A DNA stretch of 64,000 nt, from contig NMRA01000449.1 of assembly GCA_002633005.1 (NCBI GenBank), forward strand, positions 307,383 to 371,382. Reading direction: 5' to 3'. Every line of letters starts with the position of its first letter. The stretch's first letter is position 1. This stretch comes from Phoronis australis. Its lineage: Eukaryota; Animalia; Phoronida. Both the position numbers and the translations under genes were made by a program. Positions 1 to 11,341 of the stretch are shown here, piece after piece. The notes under the pieces were generated by a model. That model searched no databases and was not told the DNA's origin. It saw nothing but the letters and a program-made list of their open reading frames with translations.

Positions 1-162
1 ATTTTTAAGCGAGTGAAACTAACCTGCCGTGACAAGCCAACTTTCTGTGCCTTGAACTCACTTTTTACAAGCCCGGGAATCATTATTAGTCTGAGTTATG
101 AACTAGACAAGTCGAATAGATCAACGTTTTTTCCAAACAGATTTTTGTCGATCTAAAGTATC

Positions 163-275
163 CATAGGCGGATTTGGGATGTCGTGTGGGGGTGCCAACC
201 ATAATTTCCCAAGAACAATTCCTTAAACTGCTTTGGTCCCATCCTGAGGGTCCCCAATCCCTACGTCCGCCTACG
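163..275. mobile_element. Short degenerate MITE-like element
   Basis: Imperfect terminal inverted repeats cataggcggatttgggat ... atccctacgtccgcctacg around a GC-rich core. Confidence 0.45.
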
Positions 276-1045
276 ACGTCTTAAGAAATTGATATATCGG
301 AACAGTTTGACGTTAGGTTGATGAAATTTGGATAAATTTACTCGATGTGCCCTCACTATAAAGTCCTGGTGCGTCTGTGCGTCTGACTTTAGTTTTCGGA
401 CAAATCGAAATCTGCTGAGCCTTAATGACATTTTTAGCTCTCTCCCAATATCAAAGATCTGCCAAATACTCTCTTAATGGATCTCCATAAACCAGAACAG
501 ATACGGAGTTGAAGGCCCCCTACATATTTTTGACGGATCGTACTTGTTACGCTCCATAGTAGCAAATTTGTCATTTCGTTGGCCAGTTTAGTCTTCCCCT
601 CTCTATCTACTGAACAGGTTGAGGAATTCTCATGCAATTTGGCCGACATTGGTGAGTGTATTCCTCATTGAGTGGAGCGTGACTGACGTTGATTCTCAGA
701 CAAATCTGACGTGCTTGCTGCCCCTAGGGGCATCTGTCAGCCTCATCATCTCCCAAGATACTTTATGTATCGTAATTAAACGTGACATATCGAGGGAAAA
801 CGATATCTGTGCATTTTAAGACAGAACCGATTTGCGCTTCGCCCCCAAGTGACAAATTTAGTACGGTCGTTTGGCGGCGTAAATAACTTCCAAACTACTA
901 AAGAATAGTCGAAAAATTTGTTTCTTTGAGAGCATTGTTGATGTCGGTTACTTCGTCATCATAGTGGCAATCTTAGTTTTCTAGGCATCTACTTCGACAT
1001 AAGCCAAGTGCTTTTCTGGATCCTCATGGAGTTAAATAAACGATT

Positions 1046-1202
1046 TCACAGGTCACGTACTTTCTGACAGGTGCAAAACGAGCCTTGCCCTCTACCTACA
1101 GTATATGGTGCTGTCTTTGACGCCCGCTTCTTGAAATGTGGCGTGCAAACTCCCACTGATATCTCATTAACGCGCCATTATGAGCATTACCAATATGTAT
1201 AC
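1046..1202 (-). pseudogene. Decayed CSab defensin mature-peptide exon
   Basis: Phase-1 acceptor tttacag|GT; restoring one base gives HNG[C]VNEISVGVCTPH(F)KKRASKTAPY(T)VGRGQGSFCTCQKVRDL*, i.e. C-x8-C-x3-[C]...C-T-C with two Cys mutated. A signal-peptide-like ORF (MVQNPSRHSAVSLLTLICHTL) starts upstream at ~1436. Confidence 0.5.
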
Positions 1203-1676
1203 CTGTAAATTCATACCTTTCACATAAGTTCTAACAACTTTTTGTAAATCAAATTGCTGAACATGAGCATGACTTTTAAAGCAAAAATTATGTATAATTT
1301 GCATACCTGAAAATTTAAAACTTTAGTTATTGTTGCCAAGCACAGCTGCAGCTGAGAGATGTGTTTTTTTCCACAACGTGTGGCATATAAGTGTCAATAA
1401 TGACACAGCCGAGTGTCGGGATGGATTTTGAACCATGGATATTATTTTTAAGTCTCGTTTTGCCCTGTTTAGTTGTCAAAACACAAAAATCAAAGTGGAC
1501 TTTTTACTTCTACAAAACTGGTCTCCTTACATTCTTCATGACATAATTCCATTTCCATTGCCAACATGGAGCGTTGCGTAAGTCACTCAGGGTTTTGATG
1601 TTCTTGTTGGTAACGGAAATAGAATCCTATCACAAAAAAAATCTTGTGAGACCGAGTATTTCTGAGTAAAATCTCT

Positions 1677-1730
1677 CACTTGACTTTCATTTTAAAGCAG
1701 TTTTAACTGCTTTAAAATGAAAGTCAAGTG
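1677..1730. repeat. Perfect inverted repeat, 26-bp arms with 2-nt spacer
   Basis: cacttgactttcattttaaagcagtt-tt-aactgctttaaaatgaaagtcaagtg; the arms are exact reverse complements. Confidence 0.95.
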
Positions 1731-2929
1731 TTTAAAAACACATCGAAATACACCGTTTATGTAATATACCGGTATGCTTTTATGAGTGCAATCGGTTTCT
1801 GACCTCTAGAATATGCAATAATGTACATGTAAATTCCCGTGTAAGTGGATTCGAGAGTAAGAGCTGTTTAAACCTATAAAATTAAAGATATCGACAGGTT
1901 TGTCAAAATTTTATTTTATACCACTTTCAAATTGTCGGCATTATTTACAACTCCTTTTTCTTCATGAAAACCATCTGCGTTCAGTTTTGGAGTGTTTTTA
2001 AAAATACTTATACTCTGGTAATTTACAACCACGAGGCCAAAGTCCACTCCAGGGTCAGTATTCATGGTATTAAGTAGCGCTCGAGGCAAAGAACAAATCC
2101 TCAAATTACAGTAATTATATCTGTAAATATAGAGATGGCAATTTTCCGAATATTGTTAAAAGGACTACAAAGTCGTAAACTGGGTATATGAGTATGTCAA
2201 TATCAATGAAGTGTAGAAAATGTGTGGCAAACATTTTAAGTCTTGTCAACACGCCATCAGTTAGCCACATCACGTGATCTAATGAATTAAGTCTAGTTAT
2301 TGTTGCCGAGTAAAAAATTACTTGAACTTGTACAATCAGAAAGTGTCTTTTAAATATTAATAGATTATGCAATCATATAGAATATGAAATGAATATTCAA
2401 AAATACGTTCTTTCTGAAAAACAATAAGTTTGGGGAATACCCTGAACAATGGAAACCCTGACTGGTTAGTTTTGGCTAACAACTATATTGGTGATATAGG
2501 TTACCAGTAAAGTTCTTGTATACATGTGTTTGTGCGTGTGTGCAGTGGCGTGTGCGTGCGTTTGTGTGCGATTGTGCCTCCTCGCCGTGCAACTGAAAAT
2601 ATATCATACTATATTGAAAAAATGAGGTCAATGATCATGTCTCTCCATTGCAAGTTTATATTTCTTCATCCAATATCTTTCCATATACTCATGCGAACAC
2701 GAAATATATGCTGTCAAAAGTGAAAAGCGTTACCATAGCAAAAGAATTTCTGTGTTTATACTAGTTTATTACAGATAAATCATTCAATTGCTGATACATC
2801 GAAATCTGCAAATAATCTAGTTTTCAACCAGTGTTTCATCTTTCGTATTGATCTGTAAGAAAAATACAATGTTTATGTCATTCATACCGTTTTACGGGTA
2901 CCAGTCAATCTCGAAACTACCATTATCAA

Positions 2930-3077
2930 CTATGAAACGCAAACTGCATCTCTGTGACATGGCCTATATATAGACCATGCGTACACATGTACGTTCCACA
3001 GACACCTTGCAAAAACGCAAGACTTCGCGAGATATCGCAACCTGATCACATTAGCTTCCGTCGTGAGATTCTTACGT
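2930..3077 (-). pseudogene. Decayed CSab defensin exon
   Basis: Phase-1 acceptor ctgcag|AC; reads DVRISRRKLM*SGCDISRSLAFLQGVCGTYMCTHGLYIG-(frameshift)-CHRDAVCVS*: basic cleavage site followed by a defensin-like Cys array with a stop, a frameshift and the last Cys lost. Confidence 0.5.
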
Positions 3078-3228
3078 CTGCAGACTATAACCAAACTCGA
3101 GAAAACAAATTCTACTAATTTCAAAAGTATCCTCTGGGAAAAGATAATTGTCAGACTATAAAACGGTGAATATTTCATTAGTTGTCGCAAGAAAACATTT
3201 TGGTTGATGTTGCGACATCAAATAAAGC

Positions 3229-3407
3229 CTACCATCTGTAGCAAACACACGTTCCACCTCTGCATGTCCCACCTCGACGACCGAGGAAACGGCAGTGCAT
3301 AAAACAGGCTGCGGGGCTTTTTAGGACGTCGCAGGTGTATCGTCGACTTCTTTGAACTGACTCTGTGTGGGAATAATCAGCAGCAGGTATAAGTATTTTA
3401 AGTAGAT
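3229..3407 (-). CDS. CSab defensin (classical insect-type-like): propeptide and intact mature-peptide exon
   Basis: ...ESVQRSRR|YTCDVLKSPAACFMHCRFLGRRGGTCRGGTCVCYRW*: RxRR furin site, then a 36-aa cationic peptide with C-x8-C-x3-C-x9-C-x4-C-x-C and the TCD-x-L / AC-xx-HC / GG-x-C hallmarks. Two phase-1 acceptors give exon starts at 3407 or 3362. Confidence 0.9.
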
Positions 3408-3447
3408 CTGAAAACTCCGGTGAAATTATTGTCATATTCCTCACAAA

Positions 3448-3520
3448 CATCATTAGCGTTTATCCCACAAAATACGATTGCCATTTAACAAATTATCAGA
3501 CTGACAACATACAACTCCAA
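3448..3520 (-). pseudogene. Decayed signal-peptide exon immediately upstream of the intact defensin exon
   Basis: Reads (L)ELYVVSLIIC*MAIVFCGINA-ND: hydrophobic signal peptide with TTG instead of ATG, an in-frame TAA at 3485-3487 and no in-phase GT donor. Confidence 0.5.
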
Positions 3521-3618
3521 ATCAAAATAGTGGTCGATCGGTGGTGGTAAGGAGTTATGCAGGAATCTCCCAGCGTGTCTTCAGGAATAGACGATCCACG
3601 TTAGAACTACATATTACC

Positions 3619-3770
3619 TTAACAGCTACATTTAGCTACAACTGTTTCCTGAGCAATGAGCGACACCTTTAGTCTCTTTTAAACGCTTTTATCAGCGATA
3701 AGCATATCTCTGTGTTCCTTCTCCGAATATACGAGATTTCCGTTACAAGTACCAAGTGTTCTAAATTGGT
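3619..3770 (-). pseudogene. Decayed CSab defensin unit
   Basis: TC..RIFGEGTQR(Y)AYR(*)*KRLKETKGVAHCSGNSCS[10-bp duplication]C*; removing the TGTAGCTAAA duplication restores the terminal HCSGNSCSC-stop. Confidence 0.5.
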
Positions 3771-3880
3771 GAATGTAGAGGAAAGAGTACCTTTAACGAG
3801 TCTAATACTTTTAAAATACTCTGCCGAGGTTTAACTCCCTCTGCAGAGTGTTAGGCTGCGACCGCGGGGGTTTCAGACTG

Positions 3881-3970
3881 AAATCTACACTGAGGCTCAT
3901 GTCGTGACTCGTGAGAAAATAACTTTTCTCGACAATGATCTCGCCTTAGCAAGAAGTGCCTCCTTCTCTC
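3881..3970 (-). pseudogene. Decayed CSab defensin unit
   Basis: RRRHFLLRRDHCREKLFSHES(R)HEPQCR(F): HC-x9-[C]-x4-C-x-[C], the same spacing as the intact peptide, with CGA and TTT at the lost Cys positions. Confidence 0.4.
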
Positions 3971-4807
3971 TCTATTTTATTTATTTGCGTTTTAAAAGGT
4001 TATGTGTGTAAAACAAATCATGTGCCCAGGAAAAATCTTAAAATCTGGCTTATCAACACGACTTGATATTTTTGTTAACAAATTGTGGGTGGATTTACGA
4101 GCTGTTTCTGAATTTTGATGTTGGTAACGTTTCTAAAAACTCTCGCGGCTCAGTGCCCAAAGCAGAGCTGTAAACCAACGCAGAACCTCTGGCACGTACA
4201 AAGCGGAATTGACTGCTTGTTAAGATTTTGAAGTCGATGTCGTATCATGTTAAAGAACATCCAAGTGCACGCTTTCCCCAAAAGGCTAAACTAGAGCGCC
4301 CTTCTTGATCAGCGTTAACCGGGACATTGAAACACGACACACACGGTGGACGACCATAGACTTATAGGTATCGTCGACCTAGCACCCCAGATGGCGTACT
4401 GTCACACTAAGCTCAAAATTGTTCGATGCCCGTTCGATTTCTCTTGCAGTTAATCCTCAGCTCATCAAGCAATTTCCTGAAATAGCCAGAGGTCAACAGC
4501 CAGCCCTCAACCTATACCTAGGGGATGTTAGGAAGATCTACGGCCGGTTAGTACACGCTGTCGATTGTGTTGTCACGGCACGGTTGACTGGCACGATCAG
4601 TTTCACATTTCTGAAATGTGACCACTACTCGCACTCAAATAAAAGCGCCCGATTATGCTTGGCGCATTTGAGATCGAGTATATTCGGTGGCGAGATCGGC
4701 AGATCATTGCACTCTATGCGACCACAAGTTATGGCATTTGATCTGGCTGGTGTTGTTTTTTCTTTCTCTCTTGACATCATGCAACAATAGTTGGAAGTTA
4801 ACATTAC

Positions 4808-4892
4808 CGCTTTCACCGACTTCTGACGTCAGGGTCATTTGACATACCACCAAGAGCAGCAGTAAGACGAATGCACTGCGAGTAGGACTCAT
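4808..4892 (-). CDS. Intact signal-peptide exon, candidate first coding exon of the defensin gene
   Basis: tttcacag|AT-ATG; MSPTRSAFVLLLLLVVCQMTLTSEVGES then G|GTAATG phase-1 donor, which is in phase with the acceptors at 3407/3362, 3077 and 1202. Confidence 0.65.
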
Positions 4893-4929
4893 ATCTGTGA
4901 AAATCACACAAATTGATGAGAATAAATAG

Positions 4930-5090
4930 CAGGGGCGGATCCAGGATTTTGAGTTAGGGGGGCTAGGACAGAGTATTAGCCAGAGTTTTGTCCGTCAGAT
5001 ATTTGCACCCCCTATCGGCCAAATGGGATATGGGCGAGATTTAGCCTAAACCATGGCCCCTTGCCCCCCACCCCCCTGAATCCGCTGCTG
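4930..5090. mobile_element. MITE with 5-bp target-site duplication
   Basis: TIRs caggggcggatccagg ... cctgaatccgctgctg flanked on both sides by aatag. Confidence 0.75.
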
Positions 5091-7452
5091 AATAGAACTA
5101 ATAGTTCCATAATTCATCATTGAACAGGTATTTCTAGATATTAAGTGAGTAGTGTAGTAAAGTGCAATCATTTCACGTCAGTTTGTCCAACACTGGCCAC
5201 CGTGAGAACGAACAAACGCAGAAGAAAACATAAAAGGTCCGTTGGTTAATTTTTTTTCGTGAACTGTGAAACGGCATTTTGCCGTGCGTGAACGTGCAAA
5301 AGGAACTTTAGACACTCATGTACCGTGCCTTGATGACCACTGTGAACGTGAATTTGCACTTTAAGTTTACTGGTTTGCCGCCATGAACTTGAAACGTACA
5401 TGTAACTTCCTGCCCCACGTCACACGTGACGCGACTCCCCGACCTTAGCCGGCCCTTTTTATTGGTATAAATGATGAACACCTGCTGTCAGAGTAACATA
5501 AACTAGGTATTGGTTAGAATTAACCGACGACTATACCTTTTTGCAGGCTTTTTACACCAAAATGGAGTCTTACATTTACTCTGGATTCTATGTTAGAATC
5601 TTTATAGCAACTTGAATTATAAAAAACCGAAAATGTGAAGAAGTCGTGTGACAAAAATAGCGTGAATCTGATCAGCTGAATCGCTATTCTACTAGTTTGG
5701 CTGTATGTACCTGGCGTCATGTCAAATTTCTTTATTCCGTGACGTCTTACAGATTGTTGTCTGGCGCAAAGCATCAGAATTCCTTTCCATTGCAAGACCC
5801 GAGGAGTAGTGTGGCACACGTTAACCTGCCACGGCATTAATCTACTTTGGATCGAACATTGTGACGGTGAATTACGTCTGGGACTCAAAAATCAGGTGAC
5901 TTGCCCAGTGTGAATACAGTAATAAGCCAGACGGAGAACACGACTCAGGCTAACGTTTTTCGCTGCATCACACTTTCAGTTTGAGGGGATGTTATTTTAA
6001 TAGTCTTTTTCATAGAAATTGACGAAAATATTCAAAATATGGTCAGTAAAATGGAAGTAAAATGGGGAAAATTGGTCAAAAAGTATCTTTAGAAAGGTAA
6101 CGTCTACATTTAAAGACGACATGTAAATGCTATGGATACCGAAAAATGAAGTTGTTCATTAAGTTGAGCTTTTTTTAATTCTCAAAATCAATCGGATTCG
6201 TGTACTATTTTAAAGAAATACTGATGTTTTGCTTATAACGGTGACCCGCAAATCCGAATATTCAATGACTTACTTGAACAGCTTCAACCTCCTGTATAAC
6301 CTAGTTCAGAATTTCACATTTCTTTTATAGTCTTTGGTCAGCGACGTGGCCGCGGAAGTTTATATTTAACCTTCAGCAACATTTCAGTAAACGCCAGTGC
6401 TAACAATAATTAAACATTTGTATTTATACAAGCAACAAAAAACATCAAAGCAACGCAAACAGTTAGCTATTATCGCTCACCTTGACTCGTCCAACTCCCA
6501 ATTTCTCAACAGGCGAGTATTTGCTGACAAATAAGAGCATTTACAACATTCAAAAACATCAAAGAATAACAAACATTTGCTCTTTGCGTTCATCTTGATA
6601 GCCAAAAATTACTCAGAACTTGGAATGGCTCCCGTATTTCACGATAACTCGTTAAACTATTAATTGCTGCCAATAATGGTGTGTAGACATACAATAAACA
6701 AAATCGTCAAAGCATAGCCAGCATTTGCTAATGACCCTTAAAAAATTAAGGGAAGAAACAAAATGAATGCAAAAATGGAAGACAAGAGGAGAAAATGCAT
6801 ACTTATGGAGAGAGCGCAGTTAGAAATGTGATATGGTTGGAGAGAAATTAAAAGTGCAGAGTTAAAATGGATTTGAACAATCGCCAAAAAGAAATAGCTC
6901 TTGAATGAAGTTACTTAAGTTCAACAAGAAGGCCTCAACATTCGAAACAAGTCAAGAATCAAAAAGGTGAATGCGCGCAAAGCAAAAAGGATTCTCCCAG
7001 TTTAGTAGTGGGAATCTATAAGCATTTCAGTATTTCATATCCATGCAGTCGATTAAAGCAAATTATCTCATGCATGTTCTCCGTAAAGCTTTGTAATTAG
7101 GCTAAAATTGGAACAAATGTCGAAGAAAAACTGTCGGTTTCCCAAATATTTTCAAGGAGCTCAGGTTCATCTGCTTCAGCTGCTGTGCTCATTAGGGCGA
7201 AAGACAACATGCCTCCCAAAATGCCACCAAAGTTTTCACTATCCACGTTCAATCGTCATTTCTTACAATCGCGCAGCTATTTTCCATATCCTTCCTACAT
7301 GTATTTGGCAGCCAGCTCGCTTGTTGAAAGTCACTCTGTTTGTAAAGTTGACATTGGTAACGCACAGTTTCCACGACAAAAGTGACGCTTAGATTTTATT
7401 ACGTCATTGAATGTAATTGAGCTTTTATTCGAGTTTGTGCTTAACTGAAGTA

Positions 7453-9855
7453 ATGTGGACTAGAGGTGCGATAGTATTGCTTTTCATTTACGTCCATTAT
7501 GGTAAGTTTTAATCCTTTCCCCTGAGTCTATCAGTAGCCTCCACAATGGGGTTTGCACTTGAACTTTTTATCTTGCTACTAAACTGTGAAACAAAATTTT
7601 CTTTGGACTAAAGACGGTGGTGGGAAGGTGCAGTGGCATTATGGAGAGCAGATGAACTTGGCTGGGCCTTTCTGTAAGAGACGTTTGCAGGAACATGTAC
7701 GCCAAATTCCATGCAGGCGTCTCCCCCCCCCCCATTTTTCTGTTAGTGATACGGCTCTCAATTTTGTTTAATGGCCTTTGCGCTATCAACATTTATGAGC
7801 GTGCTAGTGCAAGGCAAACATTTTTAAAAATTTTGATGTTATGTTTTCGAGAAAATCCTGGGGTACTTTCATCTGAAACAAAATTTCTTCGCCAAAACGA
7901 GCAATGTCCTTACCCTTGCGTTGGCATCTGAGGTACAGCACTAACGTAAATGAACCGTTCATGAGAAATTGTCTGGAAAGATCGTTTGATCGGGTTAGGA
8001 ACATAAAACTCATTTTCCATCTGGAAATCATGTACTGAGTTTTTCTTCAAGTGAATTTTGATTTCGTATTTCACATGGACGTATTATCACGTTACTTCTG
8101 CTACCAAGAAAACGTAGTTCTCAGGAGTAACTTGCACCGCGGCCGGCATTTCTACGATCTTTGTTGTGAACGAGACATTATCGAAGAACCTGCATAGACT
8201 AAATAATTTTGAAGTTTTCGCTAAAAGTTATCGCATCAAATGTTGTTATTTCAAGCTTCTTTATCAAGTAAAATATTCAGCCATCACAATTACTGATTAG
8301 CATATTGTATTCTAAAGTAATTGTCACGCAAATATTATAGATTTCTCTTGTTTGGCTGTGAAAACGACTTGGACACGATGGTCTTCGTGTTCGGTCACGT
8401 GCGGAAGTGGAGTGCGCGTGCGCAGTCAGATATGTGCAGGTTTGTACCCTTGCGGTATTGTGGAGGAATACAGTGTGCAAAAGTGCACATCTACTGTGAT
8501 GTGTAACGGAACTCAGAAGACACTTAACAAAGATTTGAAAAATGGTGGCCAACTAAAAGCTGCGGTTTCACCGGAAGCAATTATGAGACAACTTCTGTCA
8601 AATAAAAGTCAAAATGTCAACTCAAAATGGGCGCCGTGGTCATCATGGTCCAACTGCACGAGGTGCGCATCATTTAAAACGTGGAGATACAGAGTTTGTA
8701 TTGACAATACATCTGCACCTCTTTACACTTCGTGCCGCGGAAAGAGGATTGAATTTAGGAATTGTAGTCATTCGGACGAATGTCGAAGGAAAAAACAAAC
8801 TGTTAGCTTCGGAGATGAATTAAAGATAACGTTCCCGAAGTCAAGATTAAATATTACAAATCAAAGGTATATTGAAATATCCCATAGAATGGAAAATGAC
8901 CTACAAACTGCTGCTTTGGGAACTATCCTTGACTCAAGAGCACCAACGAAGAGTATGAAGTACGATGGAACAACTGGTTTTAGTGTGGAAGACGCACCAA
9001 ATCCTGAAGAGAATTATACAGAATTAAATACAGGAAAGAAGGTTAGCAGCCCCGTCAAAGAAGTAAAATGCACAGGAATTTCATGCGACATGACGGGCTT
9101 GCAAAACGACGTAATTAAACTTTTACTAAAACAAAAGCAGCAAACTCAACGATTTAGAAACAAAAGAGAATTAACAAGATACGAATCCGCACATCAAATT
9201 TCCCAATATAATAATAAACGTGGTCGCCCCTCAGCAGCACTCCCCGACTTTGGGGTGAAGGGTGGAACAGTTTTTATCAAGAACCAACACTTGAACTCAC
9301 ATCTGACTGGCGAAAGAGTAAGCACGGACGAACTCGTCAGACAAAGTTATAAATTGAATCACCAACGGCGAAAGGAAGCCCTTAATAATCAGTTACGGAA
9401 AAACTTCAATACAGAATTGGCTAGAAACAAGTATTTAGGTTTCGCATTTGCCAAAGCAGAAATCCATGACAGCAGAGAATCTCCATCAAGCCTCACTGTT
9501 GGAATTCTTAAGGTTCTCGGATCGAGGCGGAAACGTGATGATGGCTGCGTAGGTTCGTGCTGGTCCGATTGGTCACCATGGACTGATTGTTCAACACAGT
9601 GTGGTGAAGGTCACAAAATTAGGTCAAGGACATGTAAGGAAAATGGCGAGCGAAAGAAGAGAACTTACGATAAGCAATGTCCTGGAGGAAACCACGAATC
9701 AAAATCGTGCGAGTCGAAAAAAGACTGCATAGAGCCAGAGGACGTAGAATTGTCTGATGAAACGATTGAGCATATAGTTGCCCTAATGAAAGATCCTGCC
9801 ATAGGAGACAAATGGGAAGAGAAAAAGTACAACGATTCGTTAATCAAAACTGGTC
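7453..9855 (+). CDS. TSP1-repeat protein A, exons 7453-7501 and 8341-9855; 3' end unresolved
   Basis: Signal exon MWTRGAIVLLFIYVHY-G|gtaagt joins in phase to tatag|AT; three WxxWxxCxxxC..RxRxC TSP1 repeats; RNKR and RRKR sites; donor C|gtaagt at 9855. A candidate TM exon at 10433-10682 needs a frameshift. Confidence 0.85.
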
Positions 9856-10754
9856 GTAAGTTGGTCTCTTATTCATCGTAGGGGAAAACTTACCATACAA
9901 GAATCTACGACTTCGAGTTGAGCATGCTTAGTGCATGCACACTGGCAAACTTGTCTCAGAATCCGCCAGCTAGTAGCATTATCTGGCACTCAATAGTCTT
10001 TTGAGTTACGGCTGAACTTGCCTCCCTCAATTTCATTAAAAATTGGCGCCTGTTGGATTGGCTGGGAATTTTAAGTTTTGTGCCGTTGTGAAGGCTACGA
10101 ATCCCATTTCCTTGATTTTTAGGTCTGTTTTGGGTGAAAGATTGCCAATTGTTGACCACTTGGCCCATTTTTCCTCAGGCGTGGATTTTCTTAAACCTGG
10201 TTTACTGCTTGTATGCAGGAAGTTGAAATTAGTCAAGGAATTCAGGTACCCCGTCAGGCACTATGGATTTTGTAAAAAAAAATCTGCCTGGTTGATACCC
10301 GCTTACCTGATTTAGGTAATCTGCAGAATTTTGGTAATCTGAACCCATAATATCTCTGATCGTAGTTATCCCATGCAAGTGGTGGCTTTGTGATGAAAAC
10401 TGCTGATTTGTTGTGATTTTATCGTTTTTAAGTCAACGGATACACTTCCGGTAGTCGTAAAAGATGGGAAATCGACTTTGGAATCACCTTCAATAGACTT
10501 TGTGCACGGTTTTTAGAAGTCTTTGGCTCAGTATACTGTTCATATGTTCAGGTTTTTGTATACCCTGTGGAACAGACAGCTGGTGCTGCAAAGACCTGGT
10601 TTTTCAAGCCCAGAATCAACAAACACTGTTGAGTGCCATCTCTGAATATGGAGAACATTTCGAGGACGAGGTCATTTGGTGAGATTAAGATCCGATTTGT
10701 ATGGAAAATTCGGCATTTCAAATTGTCGCTTATCTCTCTCTCATTTTCTGTCAA

Positions 10755-11341
10755 NNNNNNNNNNNNNNNNNNNNNNNNNNNNNNNNNNNNNNNNNNNNNN
10801 NNNNNNNNNNNNNNNNNNNNNNNNNNNNNNNNNNNNNNNNNNNNNNNNNNNNNNNNNNNNNNNNNNNNNNNNNNNNNNNNNNNNNNNNNNNNNNNNNNNN
10901 NNNNNNNNNNNNNNNNNNNNNNNNNNNNNNNNNNNNNNNNNNNNNNNNNNNNNNNNNNNNNNNNNNNNNNNNNNNNNNNNNNNNNNNNNNNNNNNNNNNN
11001 NNNNNNNNNNNNNNNNNNNNNNNNNNNNNNNNNNNNNNNNNNNNNNNNNNNNNNNNNNNNNNNNNNNNNNNNNNNNNNNNNNNNNNNNNNNNNNNNNNNN
11101 NNNNNNNNNNNNNNNNNNNNNNNNNNNNNNNNNNNNNNNNNNNNNNNNNNNNNNNNNNNNNNNNNNNNNNNNNNNNNNNNNNNNNNNNNNNNNNNNNNNN
11201 NNNNNNNNNNNNNNNNNNNNNNNNNNNNNNNNNNNNNNNNNNNNNNNNNNNNNNNNNNNNNNNNNNNNNNNNNNNNNNNNNNNNNNNNNNNNNNNNNNNN
11301 NNNNNNNNNNNNNNNNNNNNNNNNNNNNNNNNNNNNNNNNN
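10755..11341. other. Assembly gap
   Basis: Run of N, followed by a poly-C/gggtgcgcgcat MITE end of the same family as 42819-43077. Confidence 1.

Noticed and set aside
2115-2372. Another defensin unit (FATHFL resembling CATHCL)
   Set aside because: Requires every Cys to be mutated; not distinguishable from chance.
3562-3571. NF-kB-like site GGGAGATTCC (minus strand) near the defensin exon
   Set aside because: Matches the consensus, but a few such 10-mers are expected by chance in 64 kb and the transcription start is unknown.
2930-5877. TGA codons at Cys positions read as selenocysteine
   Set aside because: The same units carry TAA/TAG stops and frameshifts and no SECIS is evident; ordinary decay is simpler.
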